Source of the DNA: Candidatus Izemoplasmatales bacterium
Lineage (GTDB): Bacteria; Bacillota_I; Bacilli_A; Izemoplasmatales; Hujiaoplasmataceae
Assembly (NCBI GenBank): GCA_032251215.1
Contig: JAVVFA010000001.1
Location: forward strand, 1-61,218
Length of the DNA stretch: 61,218 nt
Direction of reading: 5' to 3'
The notes under the pieces are model-generated. The model saw nothing but the letters and a program-made list of their open reading frames with translations. It did not search any database and had not been told where the DNA came from. Of the stretch, positions 38,222 to 47,352 are shown in pieces (position 1 is the stretch's first letter; every line of letters begins with the position of its first letter). The position numbers and the translations under genes were made by a program.

Positions 38222-39307
38222 ATGAAAGCAATTATTTCTGGAGACCCAATGATCACGAGCGAAATGTTCAAACCAGCATATGAAAAACACATCAAGAAGT
38301 TTTTTAATGAAATGGCCATGGAGGATTTTGAAAAGGATTGGTCTGCTTTACAAGACAGAAGACTTAAAGTGGAACAACAAGGGCCTGAGATTGAAGTAGT
38401 TCCTGATGTTGTTTTAAATGAAGGATCTGATGCAGAATTATTAGCGGGATTATTTGTCCCAGTATCATCTAAGTTAATGGATGCAATGCCAAATTTAAAA
38501 ATTGTCGGATTAGCAAGAGCGGGCAAAGAAAACATTAATTTAAAAGAAGCAACAAATAGAGGGATTTTAGCTTTTAACGTTATGGGAAGAAATGCGGAAG
38601 CAGTATCTGATTTTGCGGTTGGTTTAATACTAGCTGAGTCAAGAAACATCGCTAAAGCTCATTATTCAATTAAGAATAAGGGTTGGCAAAAAGAATTTTC
38701 TAATGTTGATTTTGTGCCACAGTTAAAAGGTAAAAAGATCGGGATTACTGGATTCGGTTATATTGGTAGATTAGTTGCACAAAAACTTCAAGGTTGGGAT
38801 TTGGAAGTTTTGGTTTATGATGCTTTTACTCCTGAAGAAGATATAAAAAAAGCTAATTGTACACCGGTTGATAAAGAGACATTGTTTAAAGAATCAGATT
38901 TTTTAACTATCCATTTACGTTTAGTTGAAGCAACTAAAGGTTGGGTTTCTAAAGAATATTTAGATATGATGAAACCAACATCATATATTATTAATACCGG
39001 TCGTTCAGGATTAATTGATATGGATTATTTATATGAAGTCTTGAATAGTAAAAAAATAGCTGGAGCTGGTTTGGATGTTTTTGATGAAGAACCAATAGAC
39101 CCAAATTCTAAATTTATCGATTTAGATAATGTGACTTTAACAACTCATATTGCCGGAACTACAACAGAGGTTTTAACTGGATCACCTTATTTATTATTTG
39201 AAGATATTGAAAAATTCTTATCAGGAAAAAAAGCGCAATTTATTTTAAACCCTGAAGTATTAGAAAATGAAGACTTTAAAGAATGGCTTGCAGGTGTTAA
39301 AAAATGA
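38222..39307 (+). CDS. D-isomer-specific 2-hydroxyacid dehydrogenase family protein with a long N-terminal extension
   Basis: 361 aa. GITGFGYIGRLVA NAD loop and a catalytic-domain TTHIAG His motif. RBS AGGAGG. Confidence 0.8.
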   Translation: MKAIISGDPMITSEMFKPAYEKHIKKFFNEMAMEDFEKDWSALQDRRLKVEQQGPEIEVVPDVVLNEGSDAELLAGLFVPVSSKLMDAMPNLKIVGLARAGKENINLKEATNRGILAFNVMGRNAEAVSDFAVGLILAESRNIAKAHYSIKNKGWQKEFSNVDFVPQLKGKKIGITGFGYIGRLVAQKLQGWDLEVLVYDAFTPEEDIKKANCTPVDKETLFKESDFLTIHLRLVEATKGWVSKEYLDMMKPTSYIINTGRSGLIDMDYLYEVLNSKKIAGAGLDVFDEEPIDPNSKFIDLDNVTLTTHIAGTTTEVLTGSPYLLFEDIEKFLSGKKAQFILNPEVLENEDFKEWLAGVKK

Positions 39308-40143
39308 TTGCGAATTTGAATGATGTTTTATACCAAGCTTTAGATAATAAATACGCAGTTGGAGCTTTTAATGTTTATAATTACGAAACAATAAAAGCAG
39401 TTGTTAAAGCGATAAAAGAAAATAAAACTCCAGCTATTATAGCTTTCGGAGAAAAATATTTAGCTAATATGGAATTAAAAGAAGTAGCTAATCTTGTAAG
39501 AACGATGACACTTGATATGGATTTGCCGGTAGTGTTACATCTTGATCATACTAAAGATATCGATACGATTAAAAAAGCAATAGATTCTGGATTTACTTCA
39601 GTGATGTATGATGGTTCTCACCTAAGCTTTGAAGAGAATTTAGTTAACACAAAGCAAGTTGTTGAATACGCACATAAGAATAATGTGACCGTTGAAGCGG
39701 AACTTGGTTCTATTGCTTTAGGAAGTCATTCTAATGAGGATGAAGGTGTAACTAATTATACTGATCCTTTACAAGCTAAAGAATTTGTTGAAGCGACAAA
39801 AGTTGACTGTTTGGCGGTTTCTATTGGCACAGTTCATGGAATGTATAAGGGAGAACCTAACATCAGTGTTAATCGTTTAAAAGAAATCAAAGCTTTAGTA
39901 AATATTCCTTTAGTATTGCACGGTGGTAGCGGAACACCGAAAGATACTGTTCATGAATGCATTAAAAACGGGATAGCGAAGATTAATGTCAATACGGAAA
40001 TTTCTCGTCAAGTAGTGCAGTTATTCGCAAAAACTATTGCGAAAAATGAAGAAGTGCATTTTTCACAATTAAGCACAAAAGCAGTTAAAGTCGCTAAAGA
40101 AACCATCATTGAACACATGGAGATGTTTAAGGTTTATGAATAA
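39304..40143 (+). CDS. Class II ketose-bisphosphate aldolase family protein (FBA/GatY/KbaY/IolJ-like)
   Basis: 279 aa. LHLDHT, VMYDGS and LVLHGGSG motifs. ATGA overlap with the upstream gene. Confidence 0.8.
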   Translation: MIANLNDVLYQALDNKYAVGAFNVYNYETIKAVVKAIKENKTPAIIAFGEKYLANMELKEVANLVRTMTLDMDLPVVLHLDHTKDIDTIKKAIDSGFTSVMYDGSHLSFEENLVNTKQVVEYAHKNNVTVEAELGSIALGSHSNEDEGVTNYTDPLQAKEFVEATKVDCLAVSIGTVHGMYKGEPNISVNRLKEIKALVNIPLVLHGGSGTPKDTVHECIKNGIAKINVNTEISRQVVQLFAKTIAKNEEVHFSQLSTKAVKVAKETIIEHMEMFKVYE

Positions 40144-41647
40144 AGATAAAGCAATTGCAATCGTTGATGTTGGTACGCAAAGTATGAGAACCATTCTTTA
40201 TAACAAGAAGGGTGAATCATTGTTTACTTCGCAGTTACCATATTCGCCATTCTTTAATAACATTGAAGTAGAACAAGATCCAAGAACATGGAAAGATAGT
40301 TTGTACGATACTTTAAAAGATATCAATGATTATGCAAAAAAACATAAAATAACAATCGAATCAATTTCTTTAACTTCACAAAGAGCTTCAATCATTCCGG
40401 TCAATCGTCAGGGCAAGGTGTTATATAATGCCATCACTTGGCAAGACCGAAGAAGTTATGAAGAAACAAGAAGTGTTAAAGAAAAAATGTCTATGCAAGA
40501 TATCTATCAAAAAACAGGGTTAAGATTAGACTCATATTTCTCAGCACCGAAGATGAAGTGGGTTAAGAATAATATGCCTGATTTATATGATGAAACATAT
40601 AAGTTTATCGGTGTTCAAGATTATGTGGCTTATCTTTTAACAGGAAGATTTGTGACAGATGTTACTCAAGCAGCGAGAACACTTTTGATGGATATTCATA
40701 AGTTTACTTGGGATGATGAATTGATTAGCGCTTTTGATTTAGATAAAGAAAAGTTAGTTGAGATAGTTAAACCAGGAACTGCAATCGGTACATTGAATGA
40801 TCATACAGTTGAAAAGACTGGTTTAGCTAGAAATATTGATGTAATTTTAGCGGGTGGTGACCAACAATGCGCCGCAGTCGGACTCAATGTTTTAACTGAA
40901 GGAACGCTGGAAGCTAATATCGGTACTGGTTCTTTCATCATCGCGCACGCGGACAAGCCTGTGTTTGATGAGAATATGCGCGTATTGTTAAGCGCAAGTG
41001 CAGTCCCGGGTAAATGGGTCGTAGAAGCGGGTCTATTGACGAGCGGGAATATCTACGCATGGTACCGCGATCAGTTCTATAAAGACGATACGTTCGATAA
41101 TATTAACGCCGAAGTGATTGCGTCGCAACCAGGCGCTAAGGGGCTTTTACTGGTACCGCATTTCAAAGGTAGCGCCGCTCCTTATTGGAATCCGTTATCC
41201 AAGGGTGTGTTCTTCAACGCGACATTAGAACATCAACGCGGTGATTTTGCAAGAAGCGTACTAGAAGGCATAGCGCTTGAGATGGCAGAAAATATTGAAT
41301 TGATTGCTAATTTGATCGGTTATGTCGATATTATTCATGCGGCGGGTGGACTGACAAAGTTTCCAACCTTCAATCAAGTTCAAGCTGATGTTTTTAATAA
41401 AGCAGTTTCGGTATATGATTCTTCCGAAGCAACAGCTTTAGGCGCTCTTATTTCCGCTTTAGTTTCTAAAGGAGAATTTAAGACTTTCCAAGAAGGTTTT
41501 GTTTGTCTAAGAGGCAAAGCTAATAAGATTACTTATCATGCGAATCCTAAAAACAGATTCTTATATACGAAAATGTTAAGAACGAAGAAGCAACTTTATC
41601 ATGCTTTGAATGATTCACAGATTTACACTTATATGTCTATGAAATAA
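40136..41647 (+). CDS. FGGY-family carbohydrate (acid-sugar?) kinase
   Basis: ATG 40136 overlaps the aldolase end by 8 nt; 503 aa. AIVDVGTQS and GGDQQCAAVG motifs. Similar in length to gluconate/xylulose kinases. Confidence 0.85.
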   Translation: MNKDKAIAIVDVGTQSMRTILYNKKGESLFTSQLPYSPFFNNIEVEQDPRTWKDSLYDTLKDINDYAKKHKITIESISLTSQRASIIPVNRQGKVLYNAITWQDRRSYEETRSVKEKMSMQDIYQKTGLRLDSYFSAPKMKWVKNNMPDLYDETYKFIGVQDYVAYLLTGRFVTDVTQAARTLLMDIHKFTWDDELISAFDLDKEKLVEIVKPGTAIGTLNDHTVEKTGLARNIDVILAGGDQQCAAVGLNVLTEGTLEANIGTGSFIIAHADKPVFDENMRVLLSASAVPGKWVVEAGLLTSGNIYAWYRDQFYKDDTFDNINAEVIASQPGAKGLLLVPHFKGSAAPYWNPLSKGVFFNATLEHQRGDFARSVLEGIALEMAENIELIANLIGYVDIIHAAGGLTKFPTFNQVQADVFNKAVSVYDSSEATALGALISALVSKGEFKTFQEGFVCLRGKANKITYHANPKNRFLYTKMLRTKKQLYHALNDSQIYTYMSMK

Positions 41648-41749
41648 CGAAAAAAGAACAAAAAAGAACTTTAAATTTGTATATTTACTAAATTAAAGAA
41701 AGAAAACGCTTACAAAAACACTAAATAAACATAAAAGCACAAAAAACAC

Positions 41750-41778
41750 TTGTTTTTTCGTGAGAAATATTTTATACT
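41750..41778 (+). promoter_or_regulatory. Candidate promoter of the GntP permease gene
   Basis: TTGTTT, 17 nt, TATACT. Confidence 0.45.
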
Positions 41779-41830
41779 AAAAAAAGATATTTATTAATTA
41801 AATATAAAAAAAAGAAAAGGAGATTTAAAA

Positions 41831-43249
41831 ATGTTTAATGCGTTATTTGCAGCTTTTGATCCAAGTTTGATCAATCCAACACAAATGATGATCGGACTAG
41901 CTGTGGGTGTTGTGGTATTGGTATTGTTAGTAACAATGACTAAAGTCCCAGCATTCGTTTCAATCATTCTTGCCGCATTGTTAGTAGGTCTTATCGGTGG
42001 CGTACCTGGTGGAGAAATCCCAGGAATCATCGCAAAAGGATTTGGCGGTACATTAGGTACTATCGGAATCATCATTGGTTTCGGTGTAGTTATGGGACAA
42101 ATTTTCGAAGTCTCGGGTGCTGCAGAAAAAATGGCAAGAATCTTTATCAAGTTATTTGGTAAAGGTAGAGAAGAACTAGCTTTAACATTAACTGGTTTCA
42201 TCGTTTCAATTCCTATTTTTTGTGACTCTGCTTTCGTAATTCTTTTTCCAATTGCTAAATCAATCTCACAAAAAACAAGAAAGAATTTAGTTGTATTAGC
42301 TGGTGCTTTAGCTATGGGTCTAGTAATTACTCATACAATGGTTCCACCTACACCAGGTCCAATTGCTGTGGCTGATCAATTCGGTGTTAATCTTGGCACA
42401 ATGATTCTTATGGGCCTTGTTGTTTCAATCCCTATGACTATTGCTGGTTTATTCTACATCAAATGGGTTGGAAAAAGCCTAATCTTAGTTCCAGATGAAA
42501 ATGGTGAAATCCAAAGATTAGAAGTAGCTGGACAAAACTTAGTAGATTTCGATCTAAGTTCTGAAAGAGATAAAGAACTTCCTAGTGGATGGTTATCTTT
42601 CGCTCCAATCTTTGTACCAATTCTTTTAATCGTAGTAACTCAAATTCTTAAAGCTTCAACAACATTAACTGGTTTCTGGGCAAGTTTCTTTGGGTTTGTT
42701 GGACATCCAATTCCTGCAGTTGCAATCGGTGTTTTAATTGCAATCTACGGTTTAGGATTAAGAATGCCTAAAAATGAAATTATGCCTCATATGGAAGCTG
42801 GAATCAGACAAGCTGGTATCATTTTATTAGTTACTGGTGCTGGTGGTGCTTTAGGTCAAGTTATTAAAGATACTGGTCTTGGAAATACAATCGCTAACGC
42901 TATCGTTGAATGGGGTCTTCCTGTAATATTATTACCATTTATCGTAGCTACAATCGTTAGATTTATTCAAGGTTCTGGTACTGTTGCTTTAGTTACAGCA
43001 GCTTCAATTACTGCTCCAATCGTTTTAGCAGCTGGTGGATCACCTGTATTCGGTGCTTTAATGGCTATGGTCGGTGGTGTATTCTTCGGATACTTCAATG
43101 ACTCATACTTCCACGTTGTTAACCGTTCTATCGGTATTACTGATTCTAAAGAACAATTAAAGTTCTGGTCAGGAACTACTACAGTAGCTTGGGCAGCTGG
43201 TTTCGTAGTTATCTTAATCCTTAACGCTATTCTTGGCGGTGTAATGTAA
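41831..43249 (+). CDS. GntP-family acid-sugar:H+ symporter
   Basis: 472 aa, about 12 TM helices, Gly-rich helices typical of GntP. RBS AAGGAG. Confidence 0.85.
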   Translation: MFNALFAAFDPSLINPTQMMIGLAVGVVVLVLLVTMTKVPAFVSIILAALLVGLIGGVPGGEIPGIIAKGFGGTLGTIGIIIGFGVVMGQIFEVSGAAEKMARIFIKLFGKGREELALTLTGFIVSIPIFCDSAFVILFPIAKSISQKTRKNLVVLAGALAMGLVITHTMVPPTPGPIAVADQFGVNLGTMILMGLVVSIPMTIAGLFYIKWVGKSLILVPDENGEIQRLEVAGQNLVDFDLSSERDKELPSGWLSFAPIFVPILLIVVTQILKASTTLTGFWASFFGFVGHPIPAVAIGVLIAIYGLGLRMPKNEIMPHMEAGIRQAGIILLVTGAGGALGQVIKDTGLGNTIANAIVEWGLPVILLPFIVATIVRFIQGSGTVALVTAASITAPIVLAAGGSPVFGALMAMVGGVFFGYFNDSYFHVVNRSIGITDSKEQLKFWSGTTTVAWAAGFVVILILNAILGGVM

Positions 43250-43277
43250 TAATATTTTTTAACAATAGTAAGTTTTG

Positions 43278-43310
43278 ATAGGCAGTTCATTTGAACTGCC
43301 TATTTTTTTT
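43278..43310 (+). terminator. Intrinsic terminator after the GntP gene
   Basis: 12-nt inverted repeat ATAGGCAGTTCA / TGAACTGCCTAT followed by T7. Confidence 0.85.
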
Positions 43311-43379
43311 GTAAAAATAATCTTTAATTTAAGAGTTTAAAAAAATATCATAAATGATATAATAGATATGGTGATTTTC

Positions 43380-45281
43380 ATGAAACTTTACATTAAAGAA
43401 AAAGGCGCTTTGATGTTGACCTTTCTCGTTTTTTATCTCTTAATTGAATACATCACTTTCAAGTGGGTTGATTTTGATAATTTCCCTCAGTCTTTTATGA
43501 TTGATTTTCTTTTTGCATTGGGAGTAGGATTTTTAGCTTTATTATTTCGCTCAAATAAGGCGTCAATTATTTATTTGACGGTAATATTAGGGTTTGTAAT
43601 GACGCTTTTTTTGATTAATGCGACGATGTATTCCGTGTATTTCGATCTTTTTACCTTACAACAACTAACATTAATTGGTGAAGCAACCAATGTTTTTAAC
43701 TTTGAATTTTTATCGATCCCTTCAATTTTAATAGCTGTTGTGATTACTTTTTTATATTTTATGGTTATTCGATTTTTGTGGTTAAAGATGTATCGGTACT
43801 ATGAGCATATTCCTAGTTATTATAAATTGACAGCAATCATCCTTTTATCTGTCTTTTTAGTTATTTTTACGGTTTTTTCCAGCGGAATAAAAGTATTTAG
43901 TCGTTTTAATAATACCAATAATATCACAACTTTCAAAAGGGCTTCTTTAGAAGAGTATGGTATATTGGGTTATTACCTAAAAGAAGCTAATATCATTGTT
44001 ATGGGACTTAGTTTAAATAATAATTCAAATATCAGCAATGATTTAATTCCGGTTGAAGCATCCACTCCAACTGAGTATTTTGGTTTAATGGAAGACGCCA
44101 ATATCTTAACAATTATGGTTGAGTCCTTACAACCATTTGCGGTCAATGAAGTTTTAACACCAAATCTTTATCGGATGACGAAAGAAGGTCTTTATTTTCC
44201 TAATAATTACAGTGAAAACAAAACAAATATTTCGGAAATGATTGGAATTACCGGCAATTACCCAAGTATCCAATTATTGCATAACTCATATGTTTATGAT
44301 TTTTCGCATTCTTTACCTAGTATATTAAGTAAAGGTTACCAATACGATACCGCATATTTTCATGATAATCATGGGGATTTTTACTCTAGGGAAAAATTAA
44401 TGGGACCTTTAGGATTTACTGAGTCTTATTTTCATGATGATTTATTTCCAGATGTTGAAAGATGGACTTGGAATGGTGATTATACTTTAGATAGCGTAAC
44501 AGTAGAAAAAGTATTAAATGAGATGAGTTTTAATGATGGACCGTTTTATTATTATTGGTCTAGTCTATCAATGCACGGACCATATAATTATGGACCGATG
44601 AATAAATTGTTGTTTGATGATTTAGGGTATTTTGGGTCAATCGATCAAGCGAGCGCAAATGGCGATTGGATTAATCCTTTAGAAGAGGGCGCCGAAGCTG
44701 ATAGATTAAGAATTAGACATTATCAAGCAGCGGTTATGGATTTTGATGTTGCTTTAGGAAGAATTTTACAAGAATTAGAAGATGCTAAGGTTTTAGATAA
44801 TACAATAGTAGTTTTGTTTGGTGATCATAACGTATATTATCATGATTTACATTTAGCCCTTCATGATGCGGTTGCTTCTGAGTATTACAATATGGATCTT
44901 TATCAAGCTTTCTTAGGAATTTATAATCCAATTCTTACGGAAAAGTATTTAGAAACTCATGAATCAAATGAGATAAGTAAGTTTGTTTCTCCTTATAATA
45001 TCGTTCCGACATTATTTGATTTATTGGGACTTGTTTATAATCAAAAAATCATGTTAGGTGAATCAGTTTTTTCTGAACAAGAAGGGGTATTTTATTCTCA
45101 TAAATTGACAGGCTTCTTTAATGATAAGTTATATAGTAATGATGGCTATGATATCGTCTATTATAAAGAAGAAGTAAGCGAAGAGTACGAAAGTGCATTT
45201 GTGGCTATTTGTGAGGAACAAAGAGAAAGATTAGAGATTATTAATTATTGGTATGACACCACAAAAGAAGTCAGAAAATAG
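43380..45281 (+). CDS. LtaS-family sulfatase-fold transferase (lipoteichoic-acid-synthase-like)
   Basis: 633 aa from ATG 43380 (43368 also possible). Five N-terminal TM helices plus an extracellular sulfatase domain with MVESLQPF and FGDHN motifs. Confidence 0.8.
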   Translation: MKLYIKEKGALMLTFLVFYLLIEYITFKWVDFDNFPQSFMIDFLFALGVGFLALLFRSNKASIIYLTVILGFVMTLFLINATMYSVYFDLFTLQQLTLIGEATNVFNFEFLSIPSILIAVVITFLYFMVIRFLWLKMYRYYEHIPSYYKLTAIILLSVFLVIFTVFSSGIKVFSRFNNTNNITTFKRASLEEYGILGYYLKEANIIVMGLSLNNNSNISNDLIPVEASTPTEYFGLMEDANILTIMVESLQPFAVNEVLTPNLYRMTKEGLYFPNNYSENKTNISEMIGITGNYPSIQLLHNSYVYDFSHSLPSILSKGYQYDTAYFHDNHGDFYSREKLMGPLGFTESYFHDDLFPDVERWTWNGDYTLDSVTVEKVLNEMSFNDGPFYYYWSSLSMHGPYNYGPMNKLLFDDLGYFGSIDQASANGDWINPLEEGAEADRLRIRHYQAAVMDFDVALGRILQELEDAKVLDNTIVVLFGDHNVYYHDLHLALHDAVASEYYNMDLYQAFLGIYNPILTEKYLETHESNEISKFVSPYNIVPTLFDLLGLVYNQKIMLGESVFSEQEGVFYSHKLTGFFNDKLYSNDGYDIVYYKEEVSEEYESAFVAICEEQRERLEIINYWYDTTKEVRK

Positions 45282-45391
45282 AGATTTTTAAAACTCTGAC
45301 TAACTTTGGTAAAAATATAAAATTATTTTACTTGTAGATAATTTTAATTGTAGTATAATATCTTTTGTTTGATAAAAAGAGGTGGATTGAA

Positions 45392-45955
45392 ATGTGGAGT
45401 GCAATTTGGGATTTCTTAACTTCAGTTCCATTATGGGAAGTGTTGTTAATATTAGTGGCTAAAGTATTTGAAGTATCAATTTCAACTTTGAGAATTATCT
45501 TTATTGGTAAAGGGCTAAGAAAACCTGGGACTTTTCTTGCCTTGGTTGAGATTTTATTGTGGGTGTTCATTGCTTCAAGAGTTATTACTGGGATTTCTGA
45601 AGCTCCGATGAAGGGAATCTATTATAGTATTGGTTTTGCGCTTGGGGTTTATCTTGGTTCTATCTTGGAAAACTGCCTTGCAGTTGGTAAAATATTGATT
45701 CAAGCTGTAATTATGAAAGATGAAGCTAATACTGTAATTAATGCTTTAAGAGATAATGGCCACGGGGTCACAAGTATTGATGCTCATGGTAAATATAAGG
45801 AGCGTGAAGTATTGATGATTTTTGCGAATCGGAAGAATAAAAATACGATTTTAAAATTGATTTGTGATAATGATGATGATGCTTTAGTTGTAGCTCATGA
45901 AGTTAGTTATTTACGTGGCGGTTTTGTCAGCCCTTGGCGAAAACTAGCAAAATAA
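45392..45955 (+). CDS. UPF0316-family membrane protein (DUF5698/DUF2179)
   Basis: ATG 45392 follows AGAGGTGG; 187 aa. Three TM helices plus a C-terminal soluble domain. Confidence 0.7.
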   Translation: MWSAIWDFLTSVPLWEVLLILVAKVFEVSISTLRIIFIGKGLRKPGTFLALVEILLWVFIASRVITGISEAPMKGIYYSIGFALGVYLGSILENCLAVGKILIQAVIMKDEANTVINALRDNGHGVTSIDAHGKYKEREVLMIFANRKNKNTILKLICDNDDDALVVAHEVSYLRGGFVSPWRKLAK

Positions 45956-46006
45956 TAGTGTGATATATAGGTAATTGAATAGAACAAAAATTTATAAAAA
46001 TAATTC

Positions 46007-46035
46007 TTGAAATTTTTGTCTAAATCATTTACAAT
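46007..46035 (+). promoter_or_regulatory. Promoter of tRNA-Gly
   Basis: TTGAAA, 17 nt, TACAAT, ending 13 nt before the tRNA 5' end. Confidence 0.6.
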
Positions 46036-46048
46036 ATATATACGAACT

Positions 46049-46122
46049 GCAGGTGTAGTTTAATGGTAAAACATCTGCTTGCCATGCAGAATATGGGGGT
46101 TCGATTCCCCTCGCTTGCTCCA
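46049..46122 (+). tRNA. tRNA-Gly(GCC): tRNA-Gly (anticodon GCC), CCA encoded
   Basis: Hand-folded cloverleaf. Acceptor GCAGGTG/CGCTTGC (two G-T pairs), D arm GTTT/AAAC, anticodon stem TCTGC/GCAGA with loop TTGCCAT, 4-nt variable loop, T arm GGGGG-TTCGATT-CCCCT, discriminator T plus CCA. Confidence 0.9.
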
Positions 46123-46136
46123 GTTCATAAAGTGAA

Positions 46137-46165
46137 AGAGAAGATTAATAGTCTTCTCTTTTTTC
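46137..46165 (+). terminator. Intrinsic terminator after the tRNA
   Basis: AGAGAAGA / TCTTCTCT stem followed by a T-run. Confidence 0.7.
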
Positions 46166-46230
46166 TTTAATTTGCTTGTATAATGTTTCAGATTTGGTAA
46201 AATAAAGGGTAGAGGATTGGAGGAGTTTAA

Positions 46231-47235
46231 ATGGTTAAGGTTAAAGAGATAAATGACTTTCGAATTATAGCAATCAAGAAGAAAGAATTAGAAGTTGAAT
46301 TGATGAATTACGGTGCCACAATCTATGGAATAAAAACAAAAGATTATCTGGGGAATATGCAAGATATCGTTTTGAAATATGAAAATATCGATGATTATCT
46401 TAATAACAACATCTATTTAAACGCTACTATTGGACCAATTGCTGGTAGGGTTAAAGATGCTATTATTAAGACTGATGATAAAGTTTATGAGTTGGATAAG
46501 AATAGTGACAATTTACATACTTTGCATAGCGGTTCTTTAGCTTTGTCATATAAGTGGTTTGATTATGAGGTTAATGAAGAGATTGATTATACAGAAGTTG
46601 TTTTTCTCTATGAAGAAGAAGAGTTAGTTAATTATCAGGTTAAAGTCATTTATCGAGTATTTGATAATAAAATAGAAGTAATGTTTGAAGTAGATACAGA
46701 TCAAGATTTTGTTTTTAATTTAACTAATCACGCTTATTTTAATTTATCAGGTAATTTGAGTAGTAATATCAGAGATCATCAAGTGTTGTTAAACAGTGAT
46801 TTGCGTCATGAATTAAATGATGAATTGGTAATAACAGGAAAAGTGATTAAAGAAAATGGTATTTACAATTTTAAAGATAAACAAGATTTAAATTTAGTGA
46901 TTAAAGAATTAGAAAAAACTCCTAAAGGCGGAGTAGACGATATTTATTATTTTCCTAATAACGATTTAAGACATGCTATGGCTGTGGTTTATGAACCGTT
47001 AAGTAATAGAATGATGAAAGTTAGATCAAGTTATGATCATTTGGTTTTTTATACTCATAATAATATTAATGATTTAGAACTTAAACATTTAGGTAAGCAT
47101 AAATGGCATTATGCTCTTTGTTTTGAATGCCAAAAAAGTCCTTATGGTTTTAAGGATAAAGATTGCTCAAATCCACTTTTAAAGAAAAACCAAACTTATC
47201 AAGAAAAAATTATTTTTGAGTTCTCTATAAAATAG
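46231..47235 (+). CDS. Aldose 1-epimerase family protein
   Basis: 334 aa. LHSGS and TNHAYFNL motifs. RBS GGAGGAG. Confidence 0.8.
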   Translation: MVKVKEINDFRIIAIKKKELEVELMNYGATIYGIKTKDYLGNMQDIVLKYENIDDYLNNNIYLNATIGPIAGRVKDAIIKTDDKVYELDKNSDNLHTLHSGSLALSYKWFDYEVNEEIDYTEVVFLYEEEELVNYQVKVIYRVFDNKIEVMFEVDTDQDFVFNLTNHAYFNLSGNLSSNIRDHQVLLNSDLRHELNDELVITGKVIKENGIYNFKDKQDLNLVIKELEKTPKGGVDDIYYFPNNDLRHAMAVVYEPLSNRMMKVRSSYDHLVFYTHNNINDLELKHLGKHKWHYALCFECQKSPYGFKDKDCSNPLLKKNQTYQEKIIFEFSIK

Positions 47236-47323
47236 AGTGGTTTAATCGCTAAATATCAGGATTTTAAGGGAAGAAAGTTCCATATCTTTTATTTAAAAAA
47301 ATTAGTTTTTTGAAAAATTTTAT

Positions 47324-47352
47324 TTTACAAATGGTATTTACAATTATATAAT
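47324..47352 (+). promoter_or_regulatory. Apparently intact promoter ahead of the decayed SipW-type locus
   Basis: TTTACA, 17 nt, TATAAT. Confidence 0.5.

Noticed and set aside
38158-38649. 163-aa minus-strand ORF overlapping the promoter and 5' part of the 2-hydroxyacid dehydrogenase gene. Similar antisense ORFs occur at 220-444, 1155-1355, 1534-1800, 9576-9920, 10456-10689, 12669-13049, 13110-13430, 15610-15819, 16056-16271, 29783-30127, 30719-30946, 41794-42201, 42967-43290, 45328-45570, 53987-54211, 56874-57095, 57674-57874 and 58634-58939.
   Set aside because: Each lies inside, or largely within, a well-supported gene on the opposite strand. They have no RBS and low-complexity Ser/Ile/Phe/Lys-rich translations typical of shadow frames in AT-rich DNA.
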